This document shows, piece by piece, positions 1-13,980 of a stretch of 64,000 nt of DNA; the first letter of the stretch is position 1; each line of letters starts with the position of its first letter. The stretch is from assembly GCA_937625935.1 (NCBI GenBank), contig OW569391.1, forward strand, positions 310,001 to 374,000. The letters run 5' to 3'. Below the pieces are notes generated by a model. That model ran no database searches. It was not told the origin of the DNA and saw only the letters and a list, made by a program, of their open reading frames with translations. The DNA is from Tetramitus jugosus. Lineage: Eukaryota > Protista > Heterolobosea. The translations under genes and the position numbers were made by a program.

Positions 1-719
1 CACTTTTTTGAGGACCTTGTACTTGCATCCTCCTTTGAAACATTGCTCATGGATGATCTCAATATCCATATTTGAGCTGCATGTTCATATCTAATTTTCA
101 ATGATAGAAGAGTTCTTTTGAAAGTGTGAGAATGAAGTTTTCCACTGGCAGACATATTTACGATAAGAATTCGGTTTACCGAGGAGGGATATCTCGTTGC
201 CGTTACATCTCTTTTCAAAAAACTGTAAGAAAACTCCTCAACATATGTCGTCTTGTCAAGAAGATGCAGATGAAGGCTTGTTACTCAATTCAAGGGTTGA
301 ATTTTTGGATCCCAGTGCAACAATTCTTGTGTTTTGTGCACTAAGATAATTTTCTCATACAAACTATGACCAGAGAGTTGTTTTCTCAGATATCATCAGA
401 GAGCGAAGCTCTTGGGATTCATTGAGATCAACAAGGATGAAGCATTCAATGTGTTGATGCTACTTTCATGAGGAACAAAAAGGTTCATGGGAGGATTATG
501 CAACAAAGGTTGTCTCATCAGAGGCTTGGGAAGCTTTGGGCTAGCTCTACCTTTGAAGAGGAATGAAAATGAGAAGAGTCGTCGCTGTGTTCTTGGTTGC
601 GTTATGTATTCATGATGTTGTTCTTGTCAATGTCTACCGAAAGCTTTTTCGAAACCAATTTATTGTGATTCCTCATTTGGTTTACAACACAGCTACTCGC
701 CGAAAGTGACTCCACCGAA

Positions 720-3700
720 TCAAACATCATCCGAGTTGGGTGATTGTTGACTCTTAGTCGAGGTGGCTTCCAGGACGAGATCCTTGTCATTGAACTGACT
801 TCCATCAGATATGAGGAAGTGCTTGATGAAAGTAACCTTTGCCTTTTGGTCGTGAATAGATGGTGGTTGTCTCGGGTACATGTTCGTCTTTGGTGGTCTC
901 AAAATCACCCTAGAGAATATGATGGACAATTCATCCACGCCTACCAAGTGAGTATCCTTGTACTTCAATAACTCTCTCAGGAAGCTCATAATGTACTGGA
1001 ATGTATTCGCATGAACAGATTGTATCTTTGATACGATGTGATGGCAAGCATGCTCCTTGACGCTCGCTTCAATGCACACCTTGTAGAAGCGATATGGTAT
1101 GACAGGTTCGGACAATGATTCCAATAAACTCAACAACACCTCAGCAAAGCTCAGTGCTGCAGTCGAAGATGTCTCCAGTTCTGCATCAAACGGTTCACCA
1201 GTGTCCAATCGATCACGAATCAGCAACTTTTCGGCTGGTGAGCCAGATTCCTTGAAGATACCCTCGACTTGCATTCCTTTTTGATGAATGTAGTCCACCA
1301 ATCTCCAAATCTCTAAAGGAACCTTGGAAACAGGAGCTTGCATGATCGCATTATCCTTGACATTTGGAGATTCCCTCACAGGATGACCCAATGCTACCAA
1401 ACCCTCAAGTGATTCACCGAAACAGGACTTGAGATAGTTTCCTGCCAAGGACACAAAGTGATCTCTTCCGTTCTCCAAATGAATAATAAGAATATCATCG
1501 ATTGAGTCCTTGCCGCTGTTTAGATCGGAGACAGTGTTACTGTCGACTAGTACTGTCAGCCTAACTTCAATCTTCTCTCCTGGCATGAACATGCCCTCAG
1601 CTGGTTCAATTTGCAGCCATCCCTTGCATTTGTTCTCTTCCATTGGCTTCGGTATGAATTGGAACTTGCAGAGCACTTGACCCGTGTTTTCGAGCTCAAG
1701 CACCTGTACAATTGGAACTTCGTATCTGACATCATCGAACGTGAATTTCTGGGATGAGAGTTTCATCTCTGGAAGCAAGTCATTCTCTAATCGATCAAGC
1801 ATCTTGATCAAGTTACGGTAGCACATTTGATACTTCTCTTGTTGGATAACTCTGACACCAACTGTAAATCCAGCTACCACAGGTTTATGATCACTGCTCA
1901 AATATTCCATGTTGGATTCATAATACTCCTGTTTAACATGTGGTGTGTCTCTCCAGAAAATACGATCCGTGTACGATGGCACACGCTTCTTCTCAGATGT
2001 GTCGTACACTTGCGTACCAGCATCGAACTTGTATGTTGGTTGGAACCCAATTTTACCTTCCAACATACCATTCAATACACGTCCTGCTTTGTGTTCAATC
2101 TGCAACTGATCATGCTCCAAGATACGGGCATACTCCCCCTTCTTAATGAGGTCTCTCACTTCAGCGTCAGACAAATAAATACGATAGTTCAAATCACCAA
2201 TCCAAAAGAAGAAATCGTGCTTCTCAGGCGAATATTTTGCACCGGCATTAAAATTGGTTCTTCGTACAATGTCGTTATAGTTTTGATTTCTTCTGGCAAC
2301 AGCGTCCATATGAGGTGCAAGATGCGAATTAATGAAACAGAAGCTCGTTTCATAGAGATTAAATCTGATGGCAACACCACCCTTGTTACCCATCATACCC
2401 AGAACACCAACACCCTCCGTAGCGGTTCTGACATCCGAAATGTGATTCCTGTGTCTTTCATGAACATAGACAACATGATAAATACCGACCAGTTGTCTAG
2501 CTGCCACCTGATAATAATTGGACTCTGCTTGACTAAACGTTTCATCAAATCTGTTTGACCAAGCAATACCTTGCTCTGTTTCCTCTCTGAGCAACGCTCC
2601 AGCAGTCATATCAATCTCCTGCAAACCAATCACATAAATATCGGCTTCATACTTGTTCAAACGAAGCCATGCTGCCAATGATTGCTTTGGTACTTTGGAA
2701 TTGACGTTCCACGTTCCGACAACGACCCTCAATTGATGTTCCTCTGTGAATTCGTTCTCTCGGGCCTTGAGTTGCGTCTTGATCCAATCATCCTTCAACG
2801 AGTTTGCAATGACAATGACCTTTTCTGATTCTGCAAATTGAAAATGAAAAAATTTGATATACGTGAGTCACAAAGTCATACAAACTGACAAAAGAATAAT
2901 ACAAACACATAACACATAAACAATCATACCATCTCTCGAATTCAAATTATAGTCACTCGATCTCTCGATTAAACTGTCAGTAATACTGGAGAGTGAAGAT
3001 GAAACAGCACTTGATGATGATGCCAAACTGCTGCTCTCATCCACGTTAGTGGAAGATGCAGTTGATCCTATTGATGATGAACGTGTGGCACTGCTGCATT
3101 GATTCACATAGTACTGATACCATGAATGGGCATCTACATCAGTGCTGTTTCCATTGACAGTACTTGTTGCCAGTTGATTCAACTCTTTGATTGCGTTTGT
3201 GAGAGCGGACATGGCAGACCACATGGTACCAATACTCGCCGCTTCCATAATCAACGAAATGTTTTGTTGTTTAAACACGAGTTCAAATTGTAATTGTCCC
3301 AACACTGTCAATGAAAAATCAGAGCTCTTCAGAGGGAAGAAATGAGTCAATTTGAGAGAGTGATTGATACTTGATAAATCATTCGTTGTTGGTTCAGAAA
3401 GAAGTGAATCTTCGCTCAATGATGCAGATGATGTGAAAAATGCACCTCTGCTTTTTGTTGTTGTTGATGATGATGTATTGCTATTGTTGTCTTTTGTGGC
3501 AGATGAAGTGGATCGATTCCTTTGTGATGACTGCACTGATGCTTGTTGTTGTACATTGTTAATAAATAAAATTCTGTCATCATAGCAAAAAAAAACCGAG
3601 TGAGCATTCAATGTTTTTCAACATTCAAACCAAGTAGTCAAGACATACCCCATCTCATCCACTGACTTATTCACGATGAGAACAAGAAAAAGCTTTGATT

Positions 3701-3815
3701 TCGATGAATGATCATCGTTGGTTCCGCCAGGCAGATGATAAACTTCAGCTATTAATTTACATTTTTCTGTGCTGTTGATAAGTGACCCAATCAGCCGTTT
3801 GTTCGTGTTGTTCAT
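720..3815 (-). CDS. OCRL: OCRL/INPP5B-type inositol polyphosphate 5-phosphatase (5-phosphatase + ASH + RhoGAP-like); 3 exons: 3815-3649, 3573-2930, 2830-720
   Basis: 5-phosphatase motifs GTWNVN, GLQE, GNKGGV, FWIGDLNYR, PTYKFD, PSYTDRI and SDHKPV, followed by the ASH region (ENTGQV...LHLENGRDHF) and a RhoGAP-like C-terminus. GT-AG introns 3574-3648 and 2831-2929 join three ORFs in frame. Confidence 0.93.
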
Positions 3816-4012
3816 TATCTATACTACTGGTCCACAACAGATTCGCTCTTTTTTTCAGCCTGTTCGCAGAACAAGCCCAGCGGAGAAATTTCCATGTTTT
3901 TTTGCTGAATGTTCATTCGTAAAAATTATCTAGTTGACCCATTGTCGCGAAAAAACACAGCAACAACAATTACACACAAGGAGCATTTTTTTTCTTCATC
4001 TCAGTTGCAAAA

Positions 4013-5247
4013 ATGTTGATGCGCAAAGCTTTTGAACGGTCTGTCCTATCATCACTCAACAACAAGTTCTCTTCTGCATGCTGCTTGCAACAACAAGTCA
4101 GATCATTCAAAGTCCAAAAGAATGCAAAGCTTGTTGGTGTCAGAAGCTCAGAGTTTGCCATTAATAAATTGGTATGTCACACACAAATGCAATCCACGTG
4201 AACACAATCAAGAATCATTTTCTAACAACAAATTTTTTCCTTTTTCTCACTATGCTGTGATGATGACGAACACATGAACACACCGAACGAACACGATAAT
4301 GAAAATGATTCTCTCTATATTTTATGCAATGACTCATGAATAATCATTATCGAACTCGCTTAAAAATTTGCTCATGACCATAACAATAATAATCATAATA
4401 ATCATTCTCTCTCTCTCTCGTACAGATCAAGAGAAATCCAACAGCCATACCAACAAAAAATCCAGAAGAGCTCCACCGTGAAGCTCTCGAGAAGTGTCTC
4501 TCTAGCAATATTGCCATCGGTCGCAAAACAGTTGATGTGAAACTCGTGAGACCAGTGACACCATCCTTTAAATCAATTGCTCCAGAGACATGGGTCAAGA
4601 ACATGAATCAAGAGTACACTGGATTGATCAAATTGAATCCATACTTTTTCGATTGTCAACCAAGAAAGGACATTTTGCACCAAATGGTAGTTTGGCAGTT
4701 GGCCAAGCGCCGTCAAGGTACTGCAAAGACCAAGTTTAGATCCGAATTGGCCTACACAAAGAAGAAGATGTACAAACAAAAGGGTAACGGTAGTGCTAGA
4801 CACAGTGACAGAGGTGCACCACAGTTTAGAGGTGGTGGTCACGCTCATCCAAAGAGACCAAGAGACTTCTCATTCAAATTAAACAAGAAGGTGAGAAGAT
4901 TGGCACTGCGAATGGCTCTGACAACCAAGTATCAACAGGGAAGATTGATTGTTGTCGATGATTTGAATGTTGTAGACACTGATGGTCAACCTACCTTTAA
5001 GACGAAGTTTGTGAAGAAGGCTGTTGATTCGTTGAACCCTGAAGCACGCAGCTTTTTGGTCGTTGATGGAGAAGTGTTGAATCAGCACTTTGAGAAGGGA
5101 AGTATGGTATTGAACTATGTTGATGCATTGAACATTAGAGGTTTGAATGTTTATGATGTGTTGAGACGGGAGCACTTGGTTGTGTCACGACAAGCACTAG
5201 AATGGTTGGACTCAAAGTATCACGAACAAATCGAATTGAATGAATAA
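4013..5247 (+). CDS. MRPL4: Mitochondrial ribosomal protein uL4m; intron 4172-4425
   Basis: uL4 motifs RKDILHQMVVWQLAKRRQGTAKTKFRSE, KQKGNGSARH and GLNVYDVL. Exon 1 encodes a basic presequence-like N-terminus; a phase-0 GTATGT...TACAG intron restores the frame. Confidence 0.92.
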
Positions 5248-5535
5248 GGATAAAAGAAATAATGAAGGACAACAGTACTCTGCCACGATGTTGTTTGTCA
5301 CAACAAATCACACATAAAAATATGCACCATATCTAAAACGTATTGTTTTTTTCGCCATTGTCCTGAGAGTTCGTTTGGTTCCCATAGAAACCGAGAGTGG
5401 TATGTAGTTTGTTTGGTTTTATTATTTGGAATGTTAGATACAAAATGTGTGGTGATCATTCATATAGTGAGTGACCCGTGTTTGAGTGTTTGTTGCTTTG
5501 ACCCTTGTCTAGCTTGTCCCTGTTTCTCATGTCAA

Positions 5536-5970
5536 TTAACATCCGTACTTGGTTTCGGTGGTTCCATCAGCATACTCGTACACATAAACATTACCCAAAT
5601 CGTTACGCGCTCCTCTTGCGTCATTTCTTGGATCATTGTAATTGTAGGCACGTCTTGACACATTAGGTGTCAGTTTATCATAATCAACACCTGCCCAGTC
5701 TAGTGCAAAATAACCGGCTACTGGTAGGAATGGAACTAAACATTTCAACAATGCAAAAAAACAATAACGAGATGGATGTCAGTTTACTATGGAGCTTTCA
5801 AGAATGACGAACAATAAGAAAAAAAAATGAAAGTGTTTGCCCCGTTGACACGTACTGAATAGAAAACCAAGGACAGAGTAGTATGCACCAGGATCACGCT
5901 CTCTGAATCCGAAAGGAGCATTAGGTGATTTGAATCTTCTGATTTGGCCAGTTAGCTTTGCTCTTACCAT
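5536..5970 (-). CDS. Small (about 104 aa) single-pass membrane protein; intron 5736-5855
   Basis: ORFs 5970-5856 and 5735-5536 join in frame through GTACGT...TTTAG, giving a hydrophobic stretch YYSVLGFLFIPFLPVAGYFAL. Confidence 0.6.
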
Positions 5971-6325
5971 TTTGTCGTCGTCGCGTGATTGAAATTGTTT
6001 GCGTGATTTCTGCGAAAGTTTTGTTTTCCCGCCTCAAAAAATTCCGACATGCAAACAGGAATACAACGTTTCTTTTGTCTTTTCTTCTGTGGGGTGTTGT
6101 TTATTTCAATAGTAGTTTTCTTCAGAGGAGTTTCAATTCAACCTCCAACACAGCCAAACACACGAAGCTCTCGAGACATAATTCTCACTCCTTGTCAAAG
6201 ATCACCGATAGGAATCTTCTTCCACAATCTGAGGGCGCCAAATTGAACAAAATCTCCCTCCAACACGTGCAAAACTCCCCTCACCCGTGAGAAAAAAAAC
6301 ACAAACAATCAAAAAACTCTAAATT

Positions 6326-9300
6326 ATGTCTTCATCTCCCCCACCAATACATGATATCAACAACGATAACACTGACCAATCTCAACATCAATCGACAACT
6401 AACAAAGTAACGAATAATAATGATGAAACAACAATAGATGAAACCAATCAAGCACCCACACCATCCAATAAACCAGTACGTTTATTAGTCAAGAACAAGA
6501 AACAAACAATTCATTTGGATTCTTCACCTCACTATCATCATCATCAACTTCAACAACAACGAAAACAAAAGCAAGAAGAAGAAGAACAACAACAAGTCGA
6601 ACAAGAAGAAAACGAACAAGATCATCAAAACAGTAGTGATAACAACAATAGTAACAATAGTAACAATAGTAGTAGTAGTAGTGGTCACCGTCAACATCAT
6701 CATCATCACACGAATGAAAAAAAATATTTTTTACCAGTGATGCAACGATATCATTCGAATCACCCACTGAGTTATAGTTATCAACATGTTGATGCACCAC
6801 CATCATCATCAACTATTCAGTCACACCAATCATTTGTTCCACCTCTGTCATCAGTATCATCTACTCAACAACATCAGCATCAACATCACTCTTATCAACA
6901 ACAACCACCACTTTCACCAACAAGTTATCAACAACAACAACATTTTTATCATGGTCACTTTCAACAACAACAACAGCAGCAACACTCATCGTTGCCTAGT
7001 TCACCTGCTACAGTGATTGATGATTGTAATATTTTTGTAAAGTATTTACCAAGTGAGGTAAATGATGAACAATTGAGACAAATGTTTCAATCATTTGGTA
7101 TGATTGTCAGTTGTAAAGTCATGGTGGACACTAGGACGAAAACGAGTCTTGGTTATGGGTATGTTTGCTTTTTTTTGTTTCTTCACACCACCATATAAAA
7201 ATGTTGGTGTTTTTTTTGTTGTTGTTGTTGTTGTTGATAAAAATGATGATGATTGATCTCACACACATTTTTCTCAATTTGTACATTCAATGTAGATTTG
7301 TTCGATTTTCGCATGCCATTGAAGCACAAAATGCGATTCAACACATGAACGGATTCAAGACAAATCATAAGACTCTGTTATGTAAATTGTCCAACACGTC
7401 ATACAATACCAGTATGAGGTCTTCTCAACCATCGACACCATCCAGTGCAACAAGTGCAACTGCCATGAGTCAGGCTTATTCGTTTGTTGCAACTAATCCT
7501 TCTCCTCGTCATCACCAATCTCACCAATCTCATCATCAACAACAACAACAACACATGATTAGTAGTGCAATGGATCAACATTTTTCTCATTCAATGCATC
7601 ATCATGATCATCATTATGTGAATAATGAGACAAGCCATGTTGACAATCATCATACTGATGCTAATTATGCTAGTAATGATAGTGATGATCATTGTGTGAA
7701 TAATAGTATTAATGATAATAATGGTAGTAGTACTGAGGTAGAACAGGCATCATCATCAAAGAACATTCACAATAATGAAAAACAACAAAACAAACAATCA
7801 TTGAGCATCAAAATCATTCAAGACAAGAATCATCATCCGTCACAGGTCGCATCACTCTTATCCAATGACAGTAGTAGTAGTAGTCATGTTACTGAACAGT
7901 CAACGACAGATCAGTCCACAGCCATTGATGTCTCAAGTGGAGGTGGTGCCTCATCAGGTATCAATCACACAAACAACAATGTGAGCACTAATCTCTATGT
8001 CAAGAATGTACCACCTCATTTCGACAAGGATCAATTGAAGTCATTGTTTGGCTCGTTTGGTGAAATTTCAGAGTCCAGTGTCATGTATGACCGCGAAGGA
8101 GTATCTAAACAGATTGGATTCGTTCGATTTGAACAGATTGAAGATGCAATGAGAGCTGTAGAGGCCATGAATGGCACAATCATCTCAACAACAAGTGATG
8201 AACAACAATCAGAATCCAGCACAACAAATGCTGATAGTACAACTACAACTGCTAGTAACGAGAGTGATAACGCAAGTACTAGTAGCGCTGGAGGTGAAAT
8301 GATTGCACAAGAGGCTGCAAGACCATTGATTGTCTCATTTGCTGAAACAAAGACACAAAAAATGCAGAGAAAGCAAAGAAAGTTGTTAAGACAACAACAA
8401 CAACAACAGCAACAACACAATCCAATGATGATGGCACCGTACTCTCCATTGTCCAATACGATGCCATCGAATGCCTATGTGATGCCTCCTGCTCATCATC
8501 ACCACCACCCTCACCATCATCAACATCATCATCAACATTCTCATCATCATCCACAGCAACAACAACATTATCATCAAGGACCTGCATCTCCTCACATGCG
8601 TCACATGTCACCTTCTTCGGCCAACAATCAATTTAACAATCATAATGCGTTTGTGCCTGTGGGACATCATTATACTCCTTATTATCCATATGCTCCTTAT
8701 ACACAGCAGCAACAACAACAACAACCACAACAACAACAGACATCCACTGCTCATCACAACAGAGTCAAGCATCATCATCAACATCACCAACAACAACCAC
8801 AACAACCGATTGTTGCAGTTGAAAATGAGCCAGCATCTACCATCACTGAACAGCCATCGCTAACAACCAAGACACCAACAGAAGAAACACAGTCCAATCA
8901 TGCTCCTTCATCATTGGATGAAGCAGCACAAACTGTGACAACAAGTCGAACGGAAGCAGCGAATGGTAGTGATGCCAGTGATCAAGATAGTGTGACCAGT
9001 GATACATCGATTCCACATACAACTCAAGCGACAACTGATAACAACAGGAGAGGAAAGGCCTTCAGACAGCCACGTAACAAGATGCAGCACAATGCGTCAC
9101 CTGCGCTGGGCTATTATGCCAACCAGCCTCCAAACCTATCAATGCCACCACCACCTTACATGTACCATGGAAATGCACCTTTCTCTCCAGAAACCTATCC
9201 AGTTCCTTATCACTATGCCTATGTGCCACCGTCCAATCAAGCTGCTGCGACATCTGGTCCCTACAGACACTCGAGCAACAATAACCCTGTCATGATGGAG

Positions 9301-9930
9301 CCAGTATCGCCAGTTTCTCGATCCAATAGAGCAAACTACTCTCACAATCATGCCAGGGGAGCCAACAGACAGAACCGAAAGCATGCACCACAGGAAGCTG
9401 TCAACAAGTCGACTGCTGTGGCCAGTGATTCCTCCATTTCCGTCGCACCACAAAATCCAACAACACCATTGAGTGCAAGCTCCAGTGGTGCAACACCTAG
9501 CAGCAGATTCAATATTAGTGGAGAGGATCCAAACTTGTTTGTGTTCCATTTGCCAAGCGATGTAACCGATTCCACACTCTTCAGTCTGTTCTGTCCATTT
9601 GGTCAGATTGATAGCGTCAAGGTTGTCTCTGATCGTAACACTGGGGAAAGCAGAGGTTATGGATTCGTGAAGTACTTGAACATGGAGAGTGCTGTGCAGG
9701 CTGTGAGTGTGATGAATGGTCACAAGGTTGGTCGCAAGCACCTCAAAGTTTCATTCAAGACCTCTGTCAAACCAAACTCGGCAGGTCATTCATTTGGTGA
9801 AGATGATGAACTTGTTGCGTCTGATGACCATTCTTCTGATTCACATACCACCACGAGTCATGATGATACCCAAGAAGAAAGCCACATTGTCACCCAGGAG
9901 GAGGAACAACAAAACCAACAACAAGAATAA
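6326..9930 (+). CDS. Large low-complexity RNA-binding protein with three RRMs (ELAV/Sxl/CELF-like); intron 7159-7295
   Basis: RNP2/RNP1 pairs: NIFVKYLP/SLGYG|FVRF (spanning the intron), NLYVKNVP/KQIGFVRF and NLFVFHLP/RGYGFVKY. Long Q/H/N/S tracts. Confidence 0.88.
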
Positions 9931-10228
9931 CAAACAACAACAAATAAAATAGAGACTACTTTGTCATGATAACTCCGAACTGAAGTCTGTGTATGGTCCA
10001 CAGAATCGATGTCAGAGATCTCCGACTCCCCAAGAATGATGGTCTTCCTTTTTCCGTAAACAACCAGCCGCTTCCGGAACATGTGAACTCTGCCTCGCAA
10101 GGTTTCCCCAACTGCCGATTTCGTTTTCTTTACAAAGAGCGAACCACCATCATCCACACGAACAATAACGACAACGATAACAACAAAGAATTTGCTATAT
10201 AACAACAACAACAACTATCATCAACAAC

Positions 10229-10900
10229 ATGGCTACTACTACCACAACAACTGACTACAACATTGCTACGATTGATTTTGAAGGAGCAAAACAACTCGTT
10301 CATCAACAACTATCCCAGGGACTGGACAAGAATCTGTTTTATCATGGAGTACACCACACATTTGACGACGTCTTACCCAACTCTATCCTGCTCATCAACG
10401 AAATGAAACACCTGTTGACAGATGAGCAAGCTCTGATTGTGAAAACGGCGGCTCTGTTCCATGACACTGGATTTTTGGATCAGTATGACAAGAATGAACC
10501 GAGGGGATGCGACAGAGCGAGACAATATTTGCCCCCATTTGGTTACACGCAGTCTCAGATTGATGAGATTTGTGTCTGTATCATGGCGACTCAAATGCCG
10601 CAGAATCCAGGCGAAAATCTGTTGGCTCAAATGGTGTGCGATGCCGATTTGGGTCATTTGGGTACGGATTTGTATTTTTTGAGAGCGGAGGCACTGAGGA
10701 TGGAATTGACGCGTCTCAAAGGACTCAAACTGTCGCCATTGGAGTGGAATAAGAGCAATGTGCCCTTCATGGAGAAACACAGGTATTTTACAGTGGGTGC
10801 AGGCAACTTGTTTCAAAAGACAAAGGAGCAAAACATGAGGCAATTGCTAGAGTTGCTCCAAGGAGTGGCGCACAAGGAGAATGATTCAGTGAGCATGTAA
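10229..10900 (+). CDS. HD-domain metal-dependent phosphohydrolase
   Basis: Motifs YHGVHHT, AALFHDTGF and MVCDADLGHLG; intronless. Confidence 0.85.
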   Translation: MATTTTTTDYNIATIDFEGAKQLVHQQLSQGLDKNLFYHGVHHTFDDVLPNSILLINEMKHLLTDEQALIVKTAALFHDTGFLDQYDKNEPRGCDRARQYLPPFGYTQSQIDEICVCIMATQMPQNPGENLLAQMVCDADLGHLGTDLYFLRAEALRMELTRLKGLKLSPLEWNKSNVPFMEKHRYFTVGAGNLFQKTKEQNMRQLLELLQGVAHKENDSVSM

Positions 10901-11845
10901 AACGAATACAAACACGGTAAAAACAATCAATTAAAACACTATTAAGTTAATAGCAGTTGCTATTGTTGTTGCAGAGTCATTTACCTCTAACCATCTCTCT
11001 GCGAAACTTTAGCTAACTTTTGCTAACTGGGGTAATAGGGATTTTTTGGTTGACTCTCCAGTTGTGCGACAAGTTCGTTTAGGAGGTGATGGGCTTGTAT
11101 CCGAGCTGCATGCTTGTTAGAGAGTAAAAACTTTGGAAATCTACTGCAATTGTTTCCACTTGTCTTCAATTTCATGAAAACAGTGTGTGAATTCAGACAT
11201 GGAGAAGAATAGTCTGCCTGGCTAGAGATTTCTTGGCGAACTTCGCCATGCCCTCAGTAACAAGCATTGATCCTTTATTATACCAATTGACTTTCAACTT
11301 AAGTCCTGTAGTTTTGTCAAGTATAAACATAAACAATTATTCGATGGTACCGATAGTCTCGTCACCTTCTAACGAGGTGCTTGACCGGTTTCAGACGAAT
11401 GACAAGTTTGGCTCGCCATAAATTCATCACACCAATGAATGGTGTTGCGATGGCAGTCTGTTTCGTAGCTTGTAAAACACCACCACGCATGATTGAAAAT
11501 CGACATCCATCTGTTCTCAGCGGCGTCTTGTCCTATTCGAGAGATCGCGGTTCACCACCAACCGGAATTCACCATTTTTGTGCCATTTATCTCATAACCA
11601 ATATTTGACATGTAAATACCTCGCTAGATTTCCCCACTCGTCCGACGCTATTATTACCTGATGCCCGAAAACGCCTCCAACTTCGATGCCCATTGGCAAG
11701 AGCAAAAAAACGAAACTACTTTTCAACACCCCTCACAGACGTCGCAATAAATACTCTGAGGTTTTGGTTGAAGAGAAGGAAGAAGAAGAAATAATACTCA
11801 CACTCATAAAACAAACAACACAACGACCGACCCGGATCCATCATC

Positions 11846-13936
11846 ATGTCTGCCACAACGACAACTACAACAACACAGAAAACCGTACCCGATGATCACC
11901 TGTTCTCTCATTGGAAAATTACAAAGAAAGCTCCCGTTCAGTTTACAATGGTCGATGAACAGTCCATACGAAACATGTATCCCAACAACAACAACAACAA
12001 CAACAATAACAATAACAATAGTACAACAACATCCATAGCTACGTCATCATCGGCAACAACGACAATGACAAATCAATCATCACATCCTGCTCAACATCAT
12101 GTCCAACAACAACCGTCATCATTTACATTTGTAAGCTATCCATTGAATCGATCCACAAGTTCAGCTACTCCTCCGACTGTTGATTCAAACAAAAAGATGA
12201 ACAAAGCTATGAACAATAGCTTTGAAAAACAAACGTTTACATTTCATATCAATGACTATCAACAAACAAAGTCAACACCTACCAATAATAACAATAATAC
12301 CAACAATACCAATAATAGTAATAATAGTACGATTGTGAGCTCTACTGTTCAAAATGTACCATATCGTCCAGTGACTCAACCTACTCGATTCTATTTTGAT
12401 TCAACATTAGCAAATGCACCATCGTCGTCATCATCATCATCCTTGTCGTCTCAGCAGCGACAGCATCAGCATCCTTCGACGAGTAAGCCGACGCGACATC
12501 TTTTTCAACAGAGGAGAAATTCGGCGCCGGCAATGGAAAATTTTTCGTTTCCCGCGCCAAATTCCACGAGATCCATTACGGAAAATGGGGTCGATCAACC
12601 GTCGTTATCCTCATCATCGACAGTGAGAGCTTCCAAAGCTTTTCATCACGTGGTGGTGCCAAATGTTCAACAACCACAACAAGGTCATCATCATCCTAAT
12701 CAAAGACCAATACAACCACCATCTCATCATCATCATGTGAATGCTACTGTGCCCTCTACTCTATCTATTCAATCAATCAATAACAATAACGGTAGTGCAT
12801 CTGTTCCTTCCACTACTACAACTACTACTTCTGTTATTCCTCAGAGAAAACGATCCATTCATGACGTACACCAAGATGATCTCGATCTATTGAGATCAAC
12901 ATCATCAAGATATCAACAAGCACAACAAGAGGAAGAAGCAGAGTCAATAATTATTGACAATAGAGAAACCAATGATGAACCAGTAGCAGAACCACATCAT
13001 CAATGGTACTATGCACACAGTGAAAAAAACAATGAATACATGTCTACACTAACAGGTGAACAAAAGAGGTACATGATGAGTGGAAGAAGTCGATCTGTGC
13101 CTATTCATCTCATTCACAATCATTTGATGAATTCATCATTATCCAATAATTATAGTAGTGGTAGTGGTAGTGGTAATAGTAATGGAAGGCGTAGAGACAG
13201 TGGTAGTAGTAGTAGTCACTCTACACTTGTTTCATCATCTTCTTCGTCTTCTCTGTCAACGTCACCTGCATTTAACAATAATGATACGAGTCATAATGCT
13301 GCTTTTTCATCTAATAATAATAATAGTAGTAGTAGTAGTAGTAATAATCAACAGAGTTATAATAGTAGGCATCCACCGGCACATTTGGTGATTGGAACAT
13401 TGCCTGGTGTGTCACAGATTGAGTCAAGAGCGTTTGCGCGTCGTCGATCGTCCATTGACGAGTTAAGTTTTTCATTTTCTACGGCATGCAAGACAGATCA
13501 CTTGAATTATCCATTGTTGCCACCTCCTACGGCATTGGAAGGAGGAGGAATGAGTGTTTCAATGAGTAGCGATTCTCTGACGAGTGAAGATGGTGATCGA
13601 AGAAGGATTAGACGCAGAGTGAGCTACACTGAGGAGATGCATGTGGATCGGATGAATCCAAGCAATGGAAGGAGAGATTCGATTGCCACGAGTGAACACA
13701 GTTTTGCAAGCAGTAGTCGAACAAATTCGCCATTGACACCGCTGGCAGATGATTCGATTGCTGCTGCACTGCGAGCCTATTCGTTCCCACATGGTTCGAA
13801 CGATCACTTCAAGGAGCCAACAGCGGCATCCTACTTGCAGAGTGATGTTTTCCCAGGAGGATATCGCAGGAATTCAGCAACCGAGCATCCAATAACAGAA
13901 GATGTCATTCTGCCTCCTCTGCGCAACATTGACTAG
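11846..13936 (+). CDS. Low-complexity, probably disordered S/N/T/Q-rich hypothetical protein
   Basis: 696-codon ATG-initiated ORF with AATAAA after the stop. Many RRxS motifs; no recognisable folded domain. Confidence 0.65.
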   Translation: MSATTTTTTTQKTVPDDHLFSHWKITKKAPVQFTMVDEQSIRNMYPNNNNNNNNNNNNSTTTSIATSSSATTTMTNQSSHPAQHHVQQQPSSFTFVSYPLNRSTSSATPPTVDSNKKMNKAMNNSFEKQTFTFHINDYQQTKSTPTNNNNNTNNTNNSNNSTIVSSTVQNVPYRPVTQPTRFYFDSTLANAPSSSSSSSLSSQQRQHQHPSTSKPTRHLFQQRRNSAPAMENFSFPAPNSTRSITENGVDQPSLSSSSTVRASKAFHHVVVPNVQQPQQGHHHPNQRPIQPPSHHHHVNATVPSTLSIQSINNNNGSASVPSTTTTTTSVIPQRKRSIHDVHQDDLDLLRSTSSRYQQAQQEEEAESIIIDNRETNDEPVAEPHHQWYYAHSEKNNEYMSTLTGEQKRYMMSGRSRSVPIHLIHNHLMNSSLSNNYSSGSGSGNSNGRRRDSGSSSSHSTLVSSSSSSSLSTSPAFNNNDTSHNAAFSSNNNNSSSSSSNNQQSYNSRHPPAHLVIGTLPGVSQIESRAFARRRSSIDELSFSFSTACKTDHLNYPLLPPPTALEGGGMSVSMSSDSLTSEDGDRRRIRRRVSYTEEMHVDRMNPSNGRRDSIATSEHSFASSSRTNSPLTPLADDSIAAALRAYSFPHGSNDHFKEPTAASYLQSDVFPGGYRRNSATEHPITEDVILPPLRNID

Positions 13937-13980
13937 GTCTGGCAGTGAAAAAGAAATAAATATCTGAACAATAAGTTATT

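Noticed and set aside
1-600. Possible degraded coding sequence (also 10950-11700, 29450-29800 and 52200-53000)
   Set aside because: Only short ORFs with no recognisable motif.
6326-13936. (CAA)n, (AAT)n, (AGT)n and (CAT)n microsatellites
   Set aside because: Coding homopolymer tracts typical of AT-rich protists.
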